Assembly (NCBI GenBank): GCA_964643545.1 | Contig: CAZXTE010000002.1 | Coordinates: 18,587-82,586, forward strand | Length of the DNA: 64,000 nt | Reading direction: 5' to 3' | From: an uncultured Candidatus Saccharibacteria bacterium | Lineage (GTDB): Bacteria > Patescibacteriota > Saccharimonadia > Saccharimonadales > AWTP1-31 | Shown: positions 19,250-28,433 of the stretch, piece by piece | How positions within the stretch are numbered: the first letter of the stretch is position 1 | Layout: each line of letters starts with the position of its first letter | Notes under the pieces: model-generated | Database searches by the model: none | Seen by the model: only the letters and a program-made list of their open reading frames with translations | What the model was told of the DNA's origin: nothing | Program-made: the position numbers and the translations under genes

Positions 19250-19945
19250 ATGGCCCAACAGGGCTCACTTCCTTCGCATGTAGGCTTTATTCTGGACGGC
19301 AATCGGCGCTGGGCGCGCTCAAAGGGCCTTCCTAGTGTCGAAGGGCACAAGGCGGGCTACGAGAACCTAAAGACGATTGCGCTTGAAGCATTTCGTACAG
19401 ACATACCGTATGTCTCGGCCTACGTTTTTTCAACTGAAAACTGGAAGCGGAGTAAAACAGAAGTAAGCTACCTTATGAGGCTGCTGTTGTGGGTTGCCAA
19501 GCACGAGGTCAGGGAGCTCCACAAAGAGAATATACAAGTCGTATTTGCAGGCCGCCGAGATAAGCTCAGCGCCAAAACAGTAACCGCAATGGAACAGGCT
19601 GAAACAACCACAAAAAACAATACAGGTGGCACGCTTATGCTTTGTTTAGATTATGGCGGCAAGCAGGAAATAGTAGATTCGGTTAATGACATCTTGCGTA
19701 AAAGCCCAAACGTGGGCGAGGTAACAGAACAGGATATTGAACAACATTTGTACTCACCAAATTTTCCACCACTGGATCTGTTAATTCGCACATCAGGGGA
19801 GCATAGAATTAGTAATTTTATGCTGTGGCGGGCGGCATATGCAGAGCTTTTATTTGTAGACAAGCATTGGCCGGATTTTACGAGCTCAGATTTACGGGTG
19901 GCGCTTGGGGAGTATCAGCAGCGTAGTCGGCGGTTTGGTGTATAG
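19250..19945 (+). CDS. uppS: Undecaprenyl diphosphate synthase (cis-prenyltransferase)
   Basis: HVGFILDGNRRWA ... IRTSGEHRISNFMLWRAAYAEL. Confidence 0.9.
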   Translation: MAQQGSLPSHVGFILDGNRRWARSKGLPSVEGHKAGYENLKTIALEAFRTDIPYVSAYVFSTENWKRSKTEVSYLMRLLLWVAKHEVRELHKENIQVVFAGRRDKLSAKTVTAMEQAETTTKNNTGGTLMLCLDYGGKQEIVDSVNDILRKSPNVGEVTEQDIEQHLYSPNFPPLDLLIRTSGEHRISNFMLWRAAYAELLFVDKHWPDFTSSDLRVALGEYQQRSRRFGV

Positions 19946-19997
19946 CGATACGCGTTATACATAAAAAGATTCACACAATTACGCTATACTGTACGAG

Positions 19998-21137
19998 ATG
20001 TCTATTATGCTTTTACTCCTGGGCCTCCTGTTGTTTGTCTTCCTTGTCGTGGCACACGAATTTGGCCACTATATAGCGGCTCGGCGTGGTGGGGTAGAAG
20101 TTGAAGAGTTTGGTATTGGTTTTCCGCCTCGTGCCTGGTCAAAGCGGCTCAAAAATAAAACGCTCCTGACGTTAAATTGGTTGCCGCTGGGGGGCTTCGT
20201 AAAGCTGAAGGGCGAGCACGATGCCGACACGACTAAGGGTAGCTTTGGCGCGGCATCGTTAGGAAGAAAAGTTAAGATTATGCTTGCTGGTGTTGGCATG
20301 AATCTCGCTGTCGCTTTCTTTTTGCTCACTGTCCTTGCTGTAGTTGGGATGCCGCGGCTTATAGAGAATCAGTTTACCGTTGCAAGTGATACCAAGATTG
20401 CCAAGAACGATGTTTTAGTGGGGTATATCGAACCAAACTCACCCGCACAACAGGCAGGGCTTCGCACTAAAGACCAACTCGTTAGTGTCGACAGGTATCT
20501 TGATAATGCAGCAGCAGAAACAACAAGGATAGGGTCTGCTGATCAGCTCGTTGGTCGAACCAAGAGCCTTGCCGGCCAGAAGGTACAGCTGACCATAAGG
20601 CGTGCGGATCAGACGCTGGTAAAAACCCTGTCCTTGCGCTCCCAATCAGAAGTAGAAGCAAGCAAGAAAACAGCAGAGCCAAAAGGATATTTGGGCGTTT
20701 CCCCAACCGAGCTTACGTTGCAGCGGTCGACGTGGTCTGCTCCAATCGTAGCGTCGGGACTGATCAAACAGTTCACCGCGGCAACATTTAAGGGTTTATG
20801 GCAGGCTATTTCTGGATTGGCACAAGGCAATGGCAGTAAGGCAAGTGCACAGGTATCGGGGCCTGTCGGTGTATTTGTACTATTGAAAGATGGCAGTTTG
20901 CTTGGCTATCAATTTGTACTGGTTATCATCGCCATTATCTCACTCACCCTGGCTATTATGAATGTATTGCCAATCCCGGCTCTCGATGGCGGTAGATTAT
21001 TTGTGACATTACTGTATAGGATACGTAATAAACCCCTAACCCAGAAAATAGAGGATCGGATCCATGGGACCGGTTTTGCAGTATTGATGCTGCTGTTTGT
21101 TCTGATAACTATTGTAGACGTACGGCGGTTTTGGTAA
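19998..21137 (+). CDS. rseP: Site-2 protease, RseP/M50 family zinc metalloprotease with PDZ
   Basis: HEFGHYIAARRGG (HExxH), a central PDZ-like segment, and LPIPALDGG near the C-terminus. Confidence 0.85.
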   Translation: MSIMLLLLGLLLFVFLVVAHEFGHYIAARRGGVEVEEFGIGFPPRAWSKRLKNKTLLTLNWLPLGGFVKLKGEHDADTTKGSFGAASLGRKVKIMLAGVGMNLAVAFFLLTVLAVVGMPRLIENQFTVASDTKIAKNDVLVGYIEPNSPAQQAGLRTKDQLVSVDRYLDNAAAETTRIGSADQLVGRTKSLAGQKVQLTIRRADQTLVKTLSLRSQSEVEASKKTAEPKGYLGVSPTELTLQRSTWSAPIVASGLIKQFTAATFKGLWQAISGLAQGNGSKASAQVSGPVGVFVLLKDGSLLGYQFVLVIIAIISLTLAIMNVLPIPALDGGRLFVTLLYRIRNKPLTQKIEDRIHGTGFAVLMLLFVLITIVDVRRFW

Positions 21138-21973
21138 TGGCAGCTCTTCTGTGGGCTCCGGTATTCTTGCTGGCTGTATACGGTCTTGTTAGTTTTTTCT
21201 ACTGGCCACACAAAAAACAGGCCGAAAAGGGCAAAATAAATTGGACGGGTTGGGATGCGGTTGGGATAGCTGTTTTCTTGTATTTCGCAGGCCAGCTCAT
21301 TGGTGCAATTCTGGCAAACGTGTTGCCGCTATTGTTGGGTTGGGGTAACGAACGAACACTGAAGTGGATCGATACGAATCCCGTTGGTCAGTTTTTGCTC
21401 ATATTCTTTATTGAGTGCATTACCGTTTATCTATTGTATGTGTTCTTAAAACGACGAAAGTCAGGTTTTGGGGCAATTGGACTACGTGGCAAGCCAAAAG
21501 CGAGAGAAATCCTTTATGTGTTAACTGGCTTTGCGGTCTACTTCTTATTGTATGTTGTGCTGGTAACGCTAACCAAGCATTTTATCCCGGCTTTGGACAC
21601 CGAACAGCAACAACAGATAGGCTTTGATAATGCGCAAAATACAGCATTAATCCCTGTGTTTTTGAGCTTGGTAGTGCTGCCCCCGATTGCCGAGGAACTA
21701 CTAGTTCGTGGGTTTTTATATAGTGGGCTGCGAAAAGCGCTACCTAAGATATGGGCAATTGTGCTAACGAGCGGGTTGTTTGCTGTCGCTCACTTACAGG
21801 CGGGGAGCGGCGAGAAGCTTCTTTGGGTGGCGGCAATTGATACATTTGCGCTCTCTGTGGTGTTGATTCACTTACGAGAAAAAACAGGTGCACTGTGGGC
21901 GCCCATGGGGCTCCATGCACTTAAGAACACAATCGCGTTCCTTGCCATTTTCGTCTTTCATGTTGCAAGATAA
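21137..21973 (+). CDS. CPBP family intramembrane glutamic endopeptidase (CAAX protease-like)
   Basis: EELLVRGFLY and FAVAHL motifs in a polytopic protein. ATG 21137 overlaps the rseP stop (TAATG). Confidence 0.8.
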   Translation: MAALLWAPVFLLAVYGLVSFFYWPHKKQAEKGKINWTGWDAVGIAVFLYFAGQLIGAILANVLPLLLGWGNERTLKWIDTNPVGQFLLIFFIECITVYLLYVFLKRRKSGFGAIGLRGKPKAREILYVLTGFAVYFLLYVVLVTLTKHFIPALDTEQQQQIGFDNAQNTALIPVFLSLVVLPPIAEELLVRGFLYSGLRKALPKIWAIVLTSGLFAVAHLQAGSGEKLLWVAAIDTFALSVVLIHLREKTGALWAPMGLHALKNTIAFLAIFVFHVAR

Positions 21974-21990
21974 AGTAAATATGATAAAAT
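21963..21990 (+). promoter_or_regulatory. Promoter driving a leaderless 22-codon ORF upstream of proB
   Basis: TTGCAA 21963-21968, 16 nt, TGaTAAAAT (-10 at 21985-21990), then 6 nt to ATG 21997. Confidence 0.5.
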
Positions 21991-21996
21991 AAGTTT

Positions 21997-22065
21997 ATGA
22001 AAGTGCTTTTAGCTTCTGGATTTGTTACCCCCACAGCCCCCGTTTGTCACCGGAGGCTTTGTTAG
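21997..22065 (+). CDS. Candidate leader peptide MKVLLASGFVTPTAPVCHRRLC (proB-proS attenuator)
   Basis: Leaderless layout identical to bona fide genes in this window. Two CCC Pro codons lie between RNA segments that can form alternative structures (see findings). Confidence 0.4.
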   Translation: MKVLLASGFVTPTAPVCHRRLC

Positions 22066-22085
22066 ATATACGATAATTTAGTAGC

Positions 22086-22111
22086 AAAAAGCGGCCTCCG
22101 GGCCGATTTTT
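22086..22111 (+). terminator. Intrinsic terminator / attenuator hairpin upstream of proB
   Basis: AAAAAG CGGCC TCCG GGCCG A TTTTT. The 5-bp GC stem (22092-22096 with 22101-22105) is extendable by A:T pairs and is followed by a T-tract. Confidence 0.5.
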
Positions 22112-22144
22112 AATAATTGAAGCTACAACAGAAAGAATGATGAA

Positions 22145-22912
22145 ATGAGAAATAATGGACTAGTAGTTAAATATGGCTCAGAGGCCGCGACAAATGATCG
22201 CGGCATGGACGTTGACCGCGTTGAAGGTTACGTGGCAGATCTTTGTGCCGAACGCAGACAATCTGGATTAATTGTTGTCAGTTCGGGCGCGGTTGCAGTG
22301 GGGGAGTGCCTGTGGCGAGACTTGCATGGAGAAGAAGAGCTGCCAGGTAAGCAAGCATTGGCAATGTTGGGAAGTGCCGAAGCTACACTTGTGTGGCAGC
22401 GTGCCTTTGCAAAACACGGTGTGTCGGCAGGCCAGCTTTTATTAACACATAGAGAGATTGATGACGGTAAAGAAGGCCCCGTTTTGAAACGCGCAATCAA
22501 GGCTTGCTTGAAGGCGGGCATTGTTCCTGTGGTTAACGAGAACGATCCAGTCAGCACAAAAGAACTCGCCAAACTTGCCTATGGCGGCGATAATGACGGC
22601 CTAGCATCGCACATTGCTATAGATATGAAAGCTAGAACGCTGATAATTTTCACCCAAAAGGGCGGCCTATTTGATAGCCGAGGTAGAGAGCAATCAACCT
22701 TAACCTCGACTCACTTTGATAGTGCACGCGATATGGTTGCAGACAGAGAGTCGAAACGGCGCAAGGGTAAAGGTACTGGAGGTATGACAACCAAGTTGGA
22801 TGCGGCTATTGATGCCGCCGAAGCAGGGGTAGATACGTATATCGCCCGGGCGGGTACGTCTGTACGCGAGGTTCTGGAAGGACAAATGGGCACAAGACTT
22901 ATCGCCAAATAG
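22145..22912 (+). CDS. proB: Glutamate 5-kinase (kinase domain only, no PUA domain)
   Basis: VVKYGS, SSGAVAVG, VPVVNENDPV, GDNDGLAS and GTGGMTTKLDAA line up with ProB motifs. Confidence 0.85.
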   Translation: MRNNGLVVKYGSEAATNDRGMDVDRVEGYVADLCAERRQSGLIVVSSGAVAVGECLWRDLHGEEELPGKQALAMLGSAEATLVWQRAFAKHGVSAGQLLLTHREIDDGKEGPVLKRAIKACLKAGIVPVVNENDPVSTKELAKLAYGGDNDGLASHIAIDMKARTLIIFTQKGGLFDSRGREQSTLTSTHFDSARDMVADRESKRRKGKGTGGMTTKLDAAIDAAEAGVDTYIARAGTSVREVLEGQMGTRLIAK

Positions 22913-22949
22913 CGCACACTCCGGTAAGATGGTACAAGGAGAAAACGCC

Positions 22950-24197
22950 ATGAGAATGTCCAAACTATTCACCAAGACCAGTAAAACCATTCCTGCTGAT
23001 GAGACAGCGAAGAACGCCCAACTACTCATTCAGGCCGGTTACATCCATAAGGAAATGGCGGGCGTGTATGTATATCTACCCCTTGGCAAGAAAGTGCTGG
23101 ATAATATCGCCCAAATTGTTCGTGAAGAAATGGACAACATCGGTGGTCAAGAGGTGCAACTGAGTGTGTTGCAGCCGAAAGATATATGGGAAAAAACCGA
23201 CCGCTGGGACGACAAGAAAGTCGATAACTGGTTTAAGACGAAGCTGGTTAACGGCACTGAGCTCGGTGTTGGCCTAACGCATGAGGAGCCCCTAGTAGAT
23301 GCACTAAGGAGCTACGTAACGTCTTATAAAGACTTCCCAATCTATGCCTATCAGATCCAAAACAAGTTTCGAAATGAACTAAGAGCCAAGAGTGGTTTGC
23401 TGCGCGGTCGCGAGTTTGTCATGAAAGACATGTATAGCATGGCACGAGACCAGGCAGAGCATGCACAGTTGTACGAAGAGGTTGCCGCAGCGTACAACAA
23501 GGTCTATGATCGGCTCGGGCTTGGCAAAATCACCTATAGAACCTACGCAGATGGTGGCATATTTACCGATAAATTTAGTGATGAATTCCAAACACTGAGC
23601 GACATTGGCGAAGACACGATCTTTGTAGACGAGGCTAAAAGGATTGCAGTAAACAAAGAAGTATATACCGACGAAAACCTTAAAAAACTTGGTATCTCGA
23701 AGGGTGATTTGGTGGAAAGGCGTGGTGTAGAGGTCGGAAACATCTTTCCGCTCGAATCAAAATACACCGACGCACTCGACGTGTACTATACCGACGAGAA
23801 TGGCAAAAAGCAGTCAATTATCATGGGGTGTTATGGTATTGGCATCAGTCGTTTGGTTGGTGTTATTGCAGAGCATTTTTCCGACGAAGACGGGCTGATT
23901 TGGCCAGAAAATATTGCGCCATTTCGGGTCTACCTGGTGCAGATAGGTGAAGCTGCAGCCAAAGAAGCTCGGGATATCTATGACGAGCTGAAAGCACAGG
24001 GCGTTACTGTGCTCTGGGATGATCGAGATATACGGCCAGGGCAGAAATTTGCAGACGCGGATCTCATGGGCATCCCATGTCGCGTTGTGATCAGCGAGAA
24101 GACGATTGCCGGCGGGCAATACGAAATTAAAAAGAGAACAGAGAAAGAATCGAACCTCGTCAGCAAACAAGAATTACTAAAAATCCTGGCGACGTAA
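22950..24197 (+). CDS. proS: Prolyl-tRNA synthetase, short form lacking the INS editing domain
   Basis: Class II motifs are present (FRNELRAKSGLLRGREFVMKDMYS; GCYGIGISRLVG) with an anticodon-binding C-terminus. AAGGAG lies 8 nt before ATG 22950. Only about 40 aa separate motifs 2 and 3. Confidence 0.9.
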   Translation: MRMSKLFTKTSKTIPADETAKNAQLLIQAGYIHKEMAGVYVYLPLGKKVLDNIAQIVREEMDNIGGQEVQLSVLQPKDIWEKTDRWDDKKVDNWFKTKLVNGTELGVGLTHEEPLVDALRSYVTSYKDFPIYAYQIQNKFRNELRAKSGLLRGREFVMKDMYSMARDQAEHAQLYEEVAAAYNKVYDRLGLGKITYRTYADGGIFTDKFSDEFQTLSDIGEDTIFVDEAKRIAVNKEVYTDENLKKLGISKGDLVERRGVEVGNIFPLESKYTDALDVYYTDENGKKQSIIMGCYGIGISRLVGVIAEHFSDEDGLIWPENIAPFRVYLVQIGEAAAKEARDIYDELKAQGVTVLWDDRDIRPGQKFADADLMGIPCRVVISEKTIAGGQYEIKKRTEKESNLVSKQELLKILAT

Positions 24198-24269
24198 AAG
24201 TCTGATATAATAGCCGGAACGCAAACAAGAGGGTGATGATCTTACAGGGTACATAAGGAGAAGTACGTC

Positions 24270-24731
24270 ATGAAAAAACAGTTTTACTTAACAAAAGAAG
24301 GCATAGCAGAACTAAAAGCAGAGCTGGAAGGGCTTGTTAAACTGCGTGGTCCAATCGCAGAACGCATCAAAACAGCTCGTGAGTTCGGCGATCTCAGCGA
24401 AAATGCCGAATATAGCTCAGCGCGACAAGAACAGGAGCGCACCGAAGGTCGTATCGCCGAGGTAGAGCATATCCTGCAGAATGTTGAAGTCATCAAAAAA
24501 CCGAAGGGCGACAGCAAGGTACAGCTTGGTGCTACCGTTCAACTTAAAACTGCAACAGGTAAGAAAAAAGAATTCCAAGTTGTTGGTACGGTAGAAGCAG
24601 ATCCATTAAACGGAAAGGTTTCTGACGAGTCGCCTATTGGCAAGGCAATGCTGAATAAAAAAGTTGGCGATACGGTTGAAATCGTCACCCCAGCAGAAAC
24701 GGTCAGTTACAAGATCACCGATATCTCCTAG
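24270..24731 (+). CDS. greA: Transcription elongation factor GreA
   Basis: LTKEGIAELKAELEGL ... GDLSENAEYSSARQEQ. AAGGAG SD. TGaTATAAT promoter at 24203-24211. Confidence 0.9.
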   Translation: MKKQFYLTKEGIAELKAELEGLVKLRGPIAERIKTAREFGDLSENAEYSSARQEQERTEGRIAEVEHILQNVEVIKKPKGDSKVQLGATVQLKTATGKKKEFQVVGTVEADPLNGKVSDESPIGKAMLNKKVGDTVEIVTPAETVSYKITDIS

Positions 24732-24764
24732 TACTCAAGGGGTGATTAGGATAGAATAAAGTTC

Positions 24765-26300
24765 ATGCAATGGCTCAACCAATTAGTTGATGAGATTACT
24801 CTTCGATTTCCTGAGGGCGATATTTTGATTGAGTCCGGTGCCTCGCCATCAGGTACGTATCACTTTGGTCACTTACGCGAAATTATCACCTCTGACGCAA
24901 TTATGCTCGAGCTCAAAAGCCGGGGACGCCAGGCACGTCACATTCAGTTTGTCGACGATCTCGACGGGCTTCGTAAAATACCGGTTAATATTCCAGCAGA
25001 TTTTGAACAGTACCTTGGTATGCCATTATGCGATATTCCAGCACCCGATGGGAGCAAGCGTAGCTTCGCAGATTATTTTGTCGACGATTTTATTGATGTT
25101 GCACAAGAGCTTGGTATAGAAATGGGCGTTGAGCGTAGTCATAAAAAATATCGCAGCGGTTTCTTTGCGCCGGCCATAGAGAGAGTATTGGCCAGTGTGC
25201 CAGCTGCGCGACAGACAATCGAATCTGTTGCAGGCCGCCAACTTGATGAGCACTGGTCGCCAATTCAAATTATGGAGTCTGGGCGATTAAAGAATCGTCG
25301 GTTCATTTCCATCGATGAAAATGCAAAAGAAGTTGTGTATGAATCACAAAACGGGGATGAACAGAGAGCAAGTTATGCATCTGGGCTTGTCAAACTAGAC
25401 TGGCGCTTAGATTGGCCAGCCCGGTGGTGGTTACTCAAGGTGCAGGTTGAACCTTTTGGTCGCGATCACGCCACAAAAGGCGGCTCATACGATACGGGGT
25501 TGGGCTTGATGGACAAAGTGTTCGATGCACCGGCACCAATACCAGTACCGTACGACTTTATTAATCGTGCTGGCGATACAAAGAAAATGAGTGCGAGTAA
25601 GGGGACCGGCATTGAAGCCAAAGAAGTGGTTCAGGTTCTGCCTGCAGAGCTTGTGCGGTACTTTGTTCTGGCTTATCCACCAAGCAAAAGACTGTATTTT
25701 GATCAAAGCGTGGGCGTCATGCGACTATTCGATGAGTTTGCTGCGTTATTGGCAAAACCCAACAGAACAGCACAGGAAGAGCAGCTGTTGAGGCTCTGCC
25801 GGGGACCGTTGGGGGATCGGATAGTTGTTAGTCAAATCCCATTTTCGCACGTTGTTGCAAGCTACCAGTCGGCGTTACGCAACCCTGAGAGGACGCTAGA
25901 TATCCTTAGTCGAACTGAGTATGGCGACAAGATCGAAGCGAATAAAGATGTACTAATGCATGAACTCACATTTATCGGTAAGTGGCTCGATAAATGGGCA
26001 CCAGATGAAGTTAAATTTGATCTGCTGGAAGATCTATCAAAGATAACGTTGACCGCGCAGCAGAAAGACTTTCTGTGCAAACTTGGTGAGTGTGTTGCAA
26101 AAGCTCCTGAAAATGCCGACGGCGCGTGGTTCCATCAAGCAATTTATGAATTAAAAGACTCGAGCGATTTAAGTCCCAAGGACTTATTCAGTACCCTCTA
26201 CCAAACGCTTATTGGTAAAGACTCAGGCCCACGTGCTGGCTGGTTCCTTAGCATTCTGCCTCGAGAATGGCTTATTAACAGACTTGCACTCAAGGCGTAG
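24765..26300 (+). CDS. lysK: Lysyl-tRNA synthetase, class I
   Basis: SGASPSGTYHFGHLREI (HIGH-like) and KMSASKGTG (KMSKS), about 510 aa, typical of class I LysRS. Confidence 0.85.
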   Translation: MQWLNQLVDEITLRFPEGDILIESGASPSGTYHFGHLREIITSDAIMLELKSRGRQARHIQFVDDLDGLRKIPVNIPADFEQYLGMPLCDIPAPDGSKRSFADYFVDDFIDVAQELGIEMGVERSHKKYRSGFFAPAIERVLASVPAARQTIESVAGRQLDEHWSPIQIMESGRLKNRRFISIDENAKEVVYESQNGDEQRASYASGLVKLDWRLDWPARWWLLKVQVEPFGRDHATKGGSYDTGLGLMDKVFDAPAPIPVPYDFINRAGDTKKMSASKGTGIEAKEVVQVLPAELVRYFVLAYPPSKRLYFDQSVGVMRLFDEFAALLAKPNRTAQEEQLLRLCRGPLGDRIVVSQIPFSHVVASYQSALRNPERTLDILSRTEYGDKIEANKDVLMHELTFIGKWLDKWAPDEVKFDLLEDLSKITLTAQQKDFLCKLGECVAKAPENADGAWFHQAIYELKDSSDLSPKDLFSTLYQTLIGKDSGPRAGWFLSILPREWLINRLALKA

Positions 26301-26342
26301 ATTTAGCGAGAGCCAAGCGACGAACTGCTATACTGTATAAAC

Positions 26343-27053
26343 ATGATTGAAGTTAAAAACGTCATCAAGATATACGGGAAAAAAGAGAATACATTTACAG
26401 CGCTCGACGATGTGAGCTTCTCTGTAGAAGATGGTGCCACCGTAGCGATTGTTGGCAAGAGTGGATCCGGCAAATCGACCCTGATGCATATTATGAGTGG
26501 CCTAGACCATCCAACGAGTGGTGAAGTGCAGCTTGGCAAGCGAGTATTAAGCAAGATGAAAACGAAGCAGGTAGACCGTTTCCGTGCTACCGAAATGAGC
26601 TTTATTTTTCAGGCATTTTTTGTCGAGCCAAATCAAACAGTGTTTCAGAATGTCATGCTGCCCCAAGAGATTGCCTCGGTTGGTCATCGAGACAGGCGCA
26701 AACGGGTCACTGAAGCACTAGAAGCAGTAGAATTGCTTGATAAGGCAGATAATAAGGCAAAAGATCTCTCTGGAGGCCAGAAACAACGGCTCGCTATTGC
26801 TCGTGCCATTGTCAATAAGCCTACGCTCATTTTTGCAGATGAACCTACTGGTAATCTCGACAGCACCACGGGCGATAAAATCATCGACCTTTTATTTAGT
26901 CTTAACAAAAACCTCGGCAGCACACTGATTATCGTTACTCACGATAATGAACTGGCTGAACGATGTGAAATGCAGGTGTTCATCAAGGACGGCAAGATAG
27001 AGCGGGTTCGTCGTCGTGAGCCATCGGCTAAGAAGAAGGCGGGTAAAAAGTAG
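26343..27053 (+). CDS. ABC transporter ATP-binding protein (MacB/LolD-like)
   Basis: Walker [10 protein letters not shown], signature LSGGQKQR, Walker [13 protein letters not shown]. Confidence 0.85.
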   Translation: MIEVKNVIKIYGKKENTFTALDDVSFSVEDGATVAIVGKSGSGKSTLMHIMSGLDHPTSGEVQLGKRVLSKMKTKQVDRFRATEMSFIFQAFFVEPNQTVFQNVMLPQEIASVGHRDRRKRVTEALEAVELLDKADNKAKDLSGGQKQRLAIARAIVNKPTLIFADEPTGNLDSTTGDKIIDLLFSLNKNLGSTLIIVTHDNELAERCEMQVFIKDGKIERVRRREPSAKKKAGKK

Positions 27054-27054
27054 T

Positions 27055-28428
27055 ATGTATATTTCAGACATTGTTCGGCGCAGCGCGCGCAGCTTGCGAC
27101 AGGCAAAAGCCAGAACATTATTAACAGCTGCTGCTATTGGTGTGGGAACATTTGCACTGACGCTTACGCTTGCAGCAAGTAACGGCGCACAACAGTTTGT
27201 GAGTCAGGTGATTGCAGATAACTTTGATCCAGCAGAGCTTATTGTAGCGAATGACAAAGCGGTTTTCGGCTCCTCCGACAACACAAAACCGCGAGAATAT
27301 GACCCAAGCTTTGGGTCGGTGAGCAATAATAGTGGCGCAGAAACACAGATTAAGCGTTTAACAGATGATGATATAGCTAAGATTAAGGCTATGAAGGGCG
27401 TTGATTTGGTGCGAAATGGCGTCACGGTTAGCTTGCAGTACATAACTCGCCCCGGTCAAAAACAATACGCTGGTACTGTCCAGGCATTCAGCCCGGCCCA
27501 GAAACCAGACCTAGCTGCGGGAAGTGTTAAGAACCCGTTTATAAAGAATGGCCTCGTATTGCCAGAAGCCTACCTGAGTTCATTGGGGTTCAAGGACGCG
27601 AACGACGCTATTGGAAAAAAGGTGACATTTGCAGTTCGTAAGTCATTTGACCAAGCGGTCTATCAGCAGGCTGTTCGCCAGGGTACGCTTAATGACCCTG
27701 CAGCAGTTGCCAGGCTGAGCGAGAACAATAATGTGCAAGAAGAGTTTACAGTGATGGCTGTGCTCAATAAACCTACTGTGGCACAACCAGGCACCGAATT
27801 GTACATGTTCGTTAGTGCAGACGATGCGCTACGTTTGAATGACTATGCCACCAGCGGAACGGCAGATTATCGTAAGTACACATTTGTGTATGTGCGTATA
27901 AAAAACGGGGACGACAAAGCCACATTAACATCCGCACAAGACGCACTAAAGGAAATGGGTTACGTCGCACAAAGCGTGGAAGACACCCAGAAATTTTTAA
28001 CCCAAATTATTGGTGTTCTGCAGGGGATTGTTACAGCTTTTGGTGCAATTGCCATTATTGCCTCAGTTTTTGGAGTTGTAAACACTATGTACATTAGTGT
28101 TCTGCAGAGGACTCGGGAGATAGGGCTGATGAAGGCACTGGGTATGCGCAAAAAGGACATAGGACGACTATTTCGCTTTGAAGCAGCCTGGATAGGTTTC
28201 TTGGGCGGTGTCATTGGCGCTGCCACTGCATTTTTAGTGGGGCTAGCGCTTAACCCATGGATTACAAAAAAACTGAAGCTTGGCGATGGCAACGAGCTAC
28301 TTATATACAAGCCCTCACAAATTGTTCTACTGATCTTTGCACTGATGGTTGTTGCGACAGTTGCTGGGCTGCTACCGGCTCGTAAAGCGGCGAAGCTTGA
28401 TCCAATAGAAGCACTGCGAACAGAATAG
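27055..28428 (+). CDS. ABC transporter permease, FtsX/MacB-type with a large extracytoplasmic domain
   Basis: N-terminal TM helix, a periplasmic-like domain of about 280 aa, and a C-terminal FtsX-like 3-TM bundle ending KLDPIEALR. Confidence 0.8.
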   Translation: MYISDIVRRSARSLRQAKARTLLTAAAIGVGTFALTLTLAASNGAQQFVSQVIADNFDPAELIVANDKAVFGSSDNTKPREYDPSFGSVSNNSGAETQIKRLTDDDIAKIKAMKGVDLVRNGVTVSLQYITRPGQKQYAGTVQAFSPAQKPDLAAGSVKNPFIKNGLVLPEAYLSSLGFKDANDAIGKKVTFAVRKSFDQAVYQQAVRQGTLNDPAAVARLSENNNVQEEFTVMAVLNKPTVAQPGTELYMFVSADDALRLNDYATSGTADYRKYTFVYVRIKNGDDKATLTSAQDALKEMGYVAQSVEDTQKFLTQIIGVLQGIVTAFGAIAIIASVFGVVNTMYISVLQRTREIGLMKALGMRKKDIGRLFRFEAAWIGFLGGVIGAATAFLVGLALNPWITKKLKLGDGNELLIYKPSQIVLLIFALMVVATVAGLLPARKAAKLDPIEALRTE

Positions 28429-28433
28429 CCATC

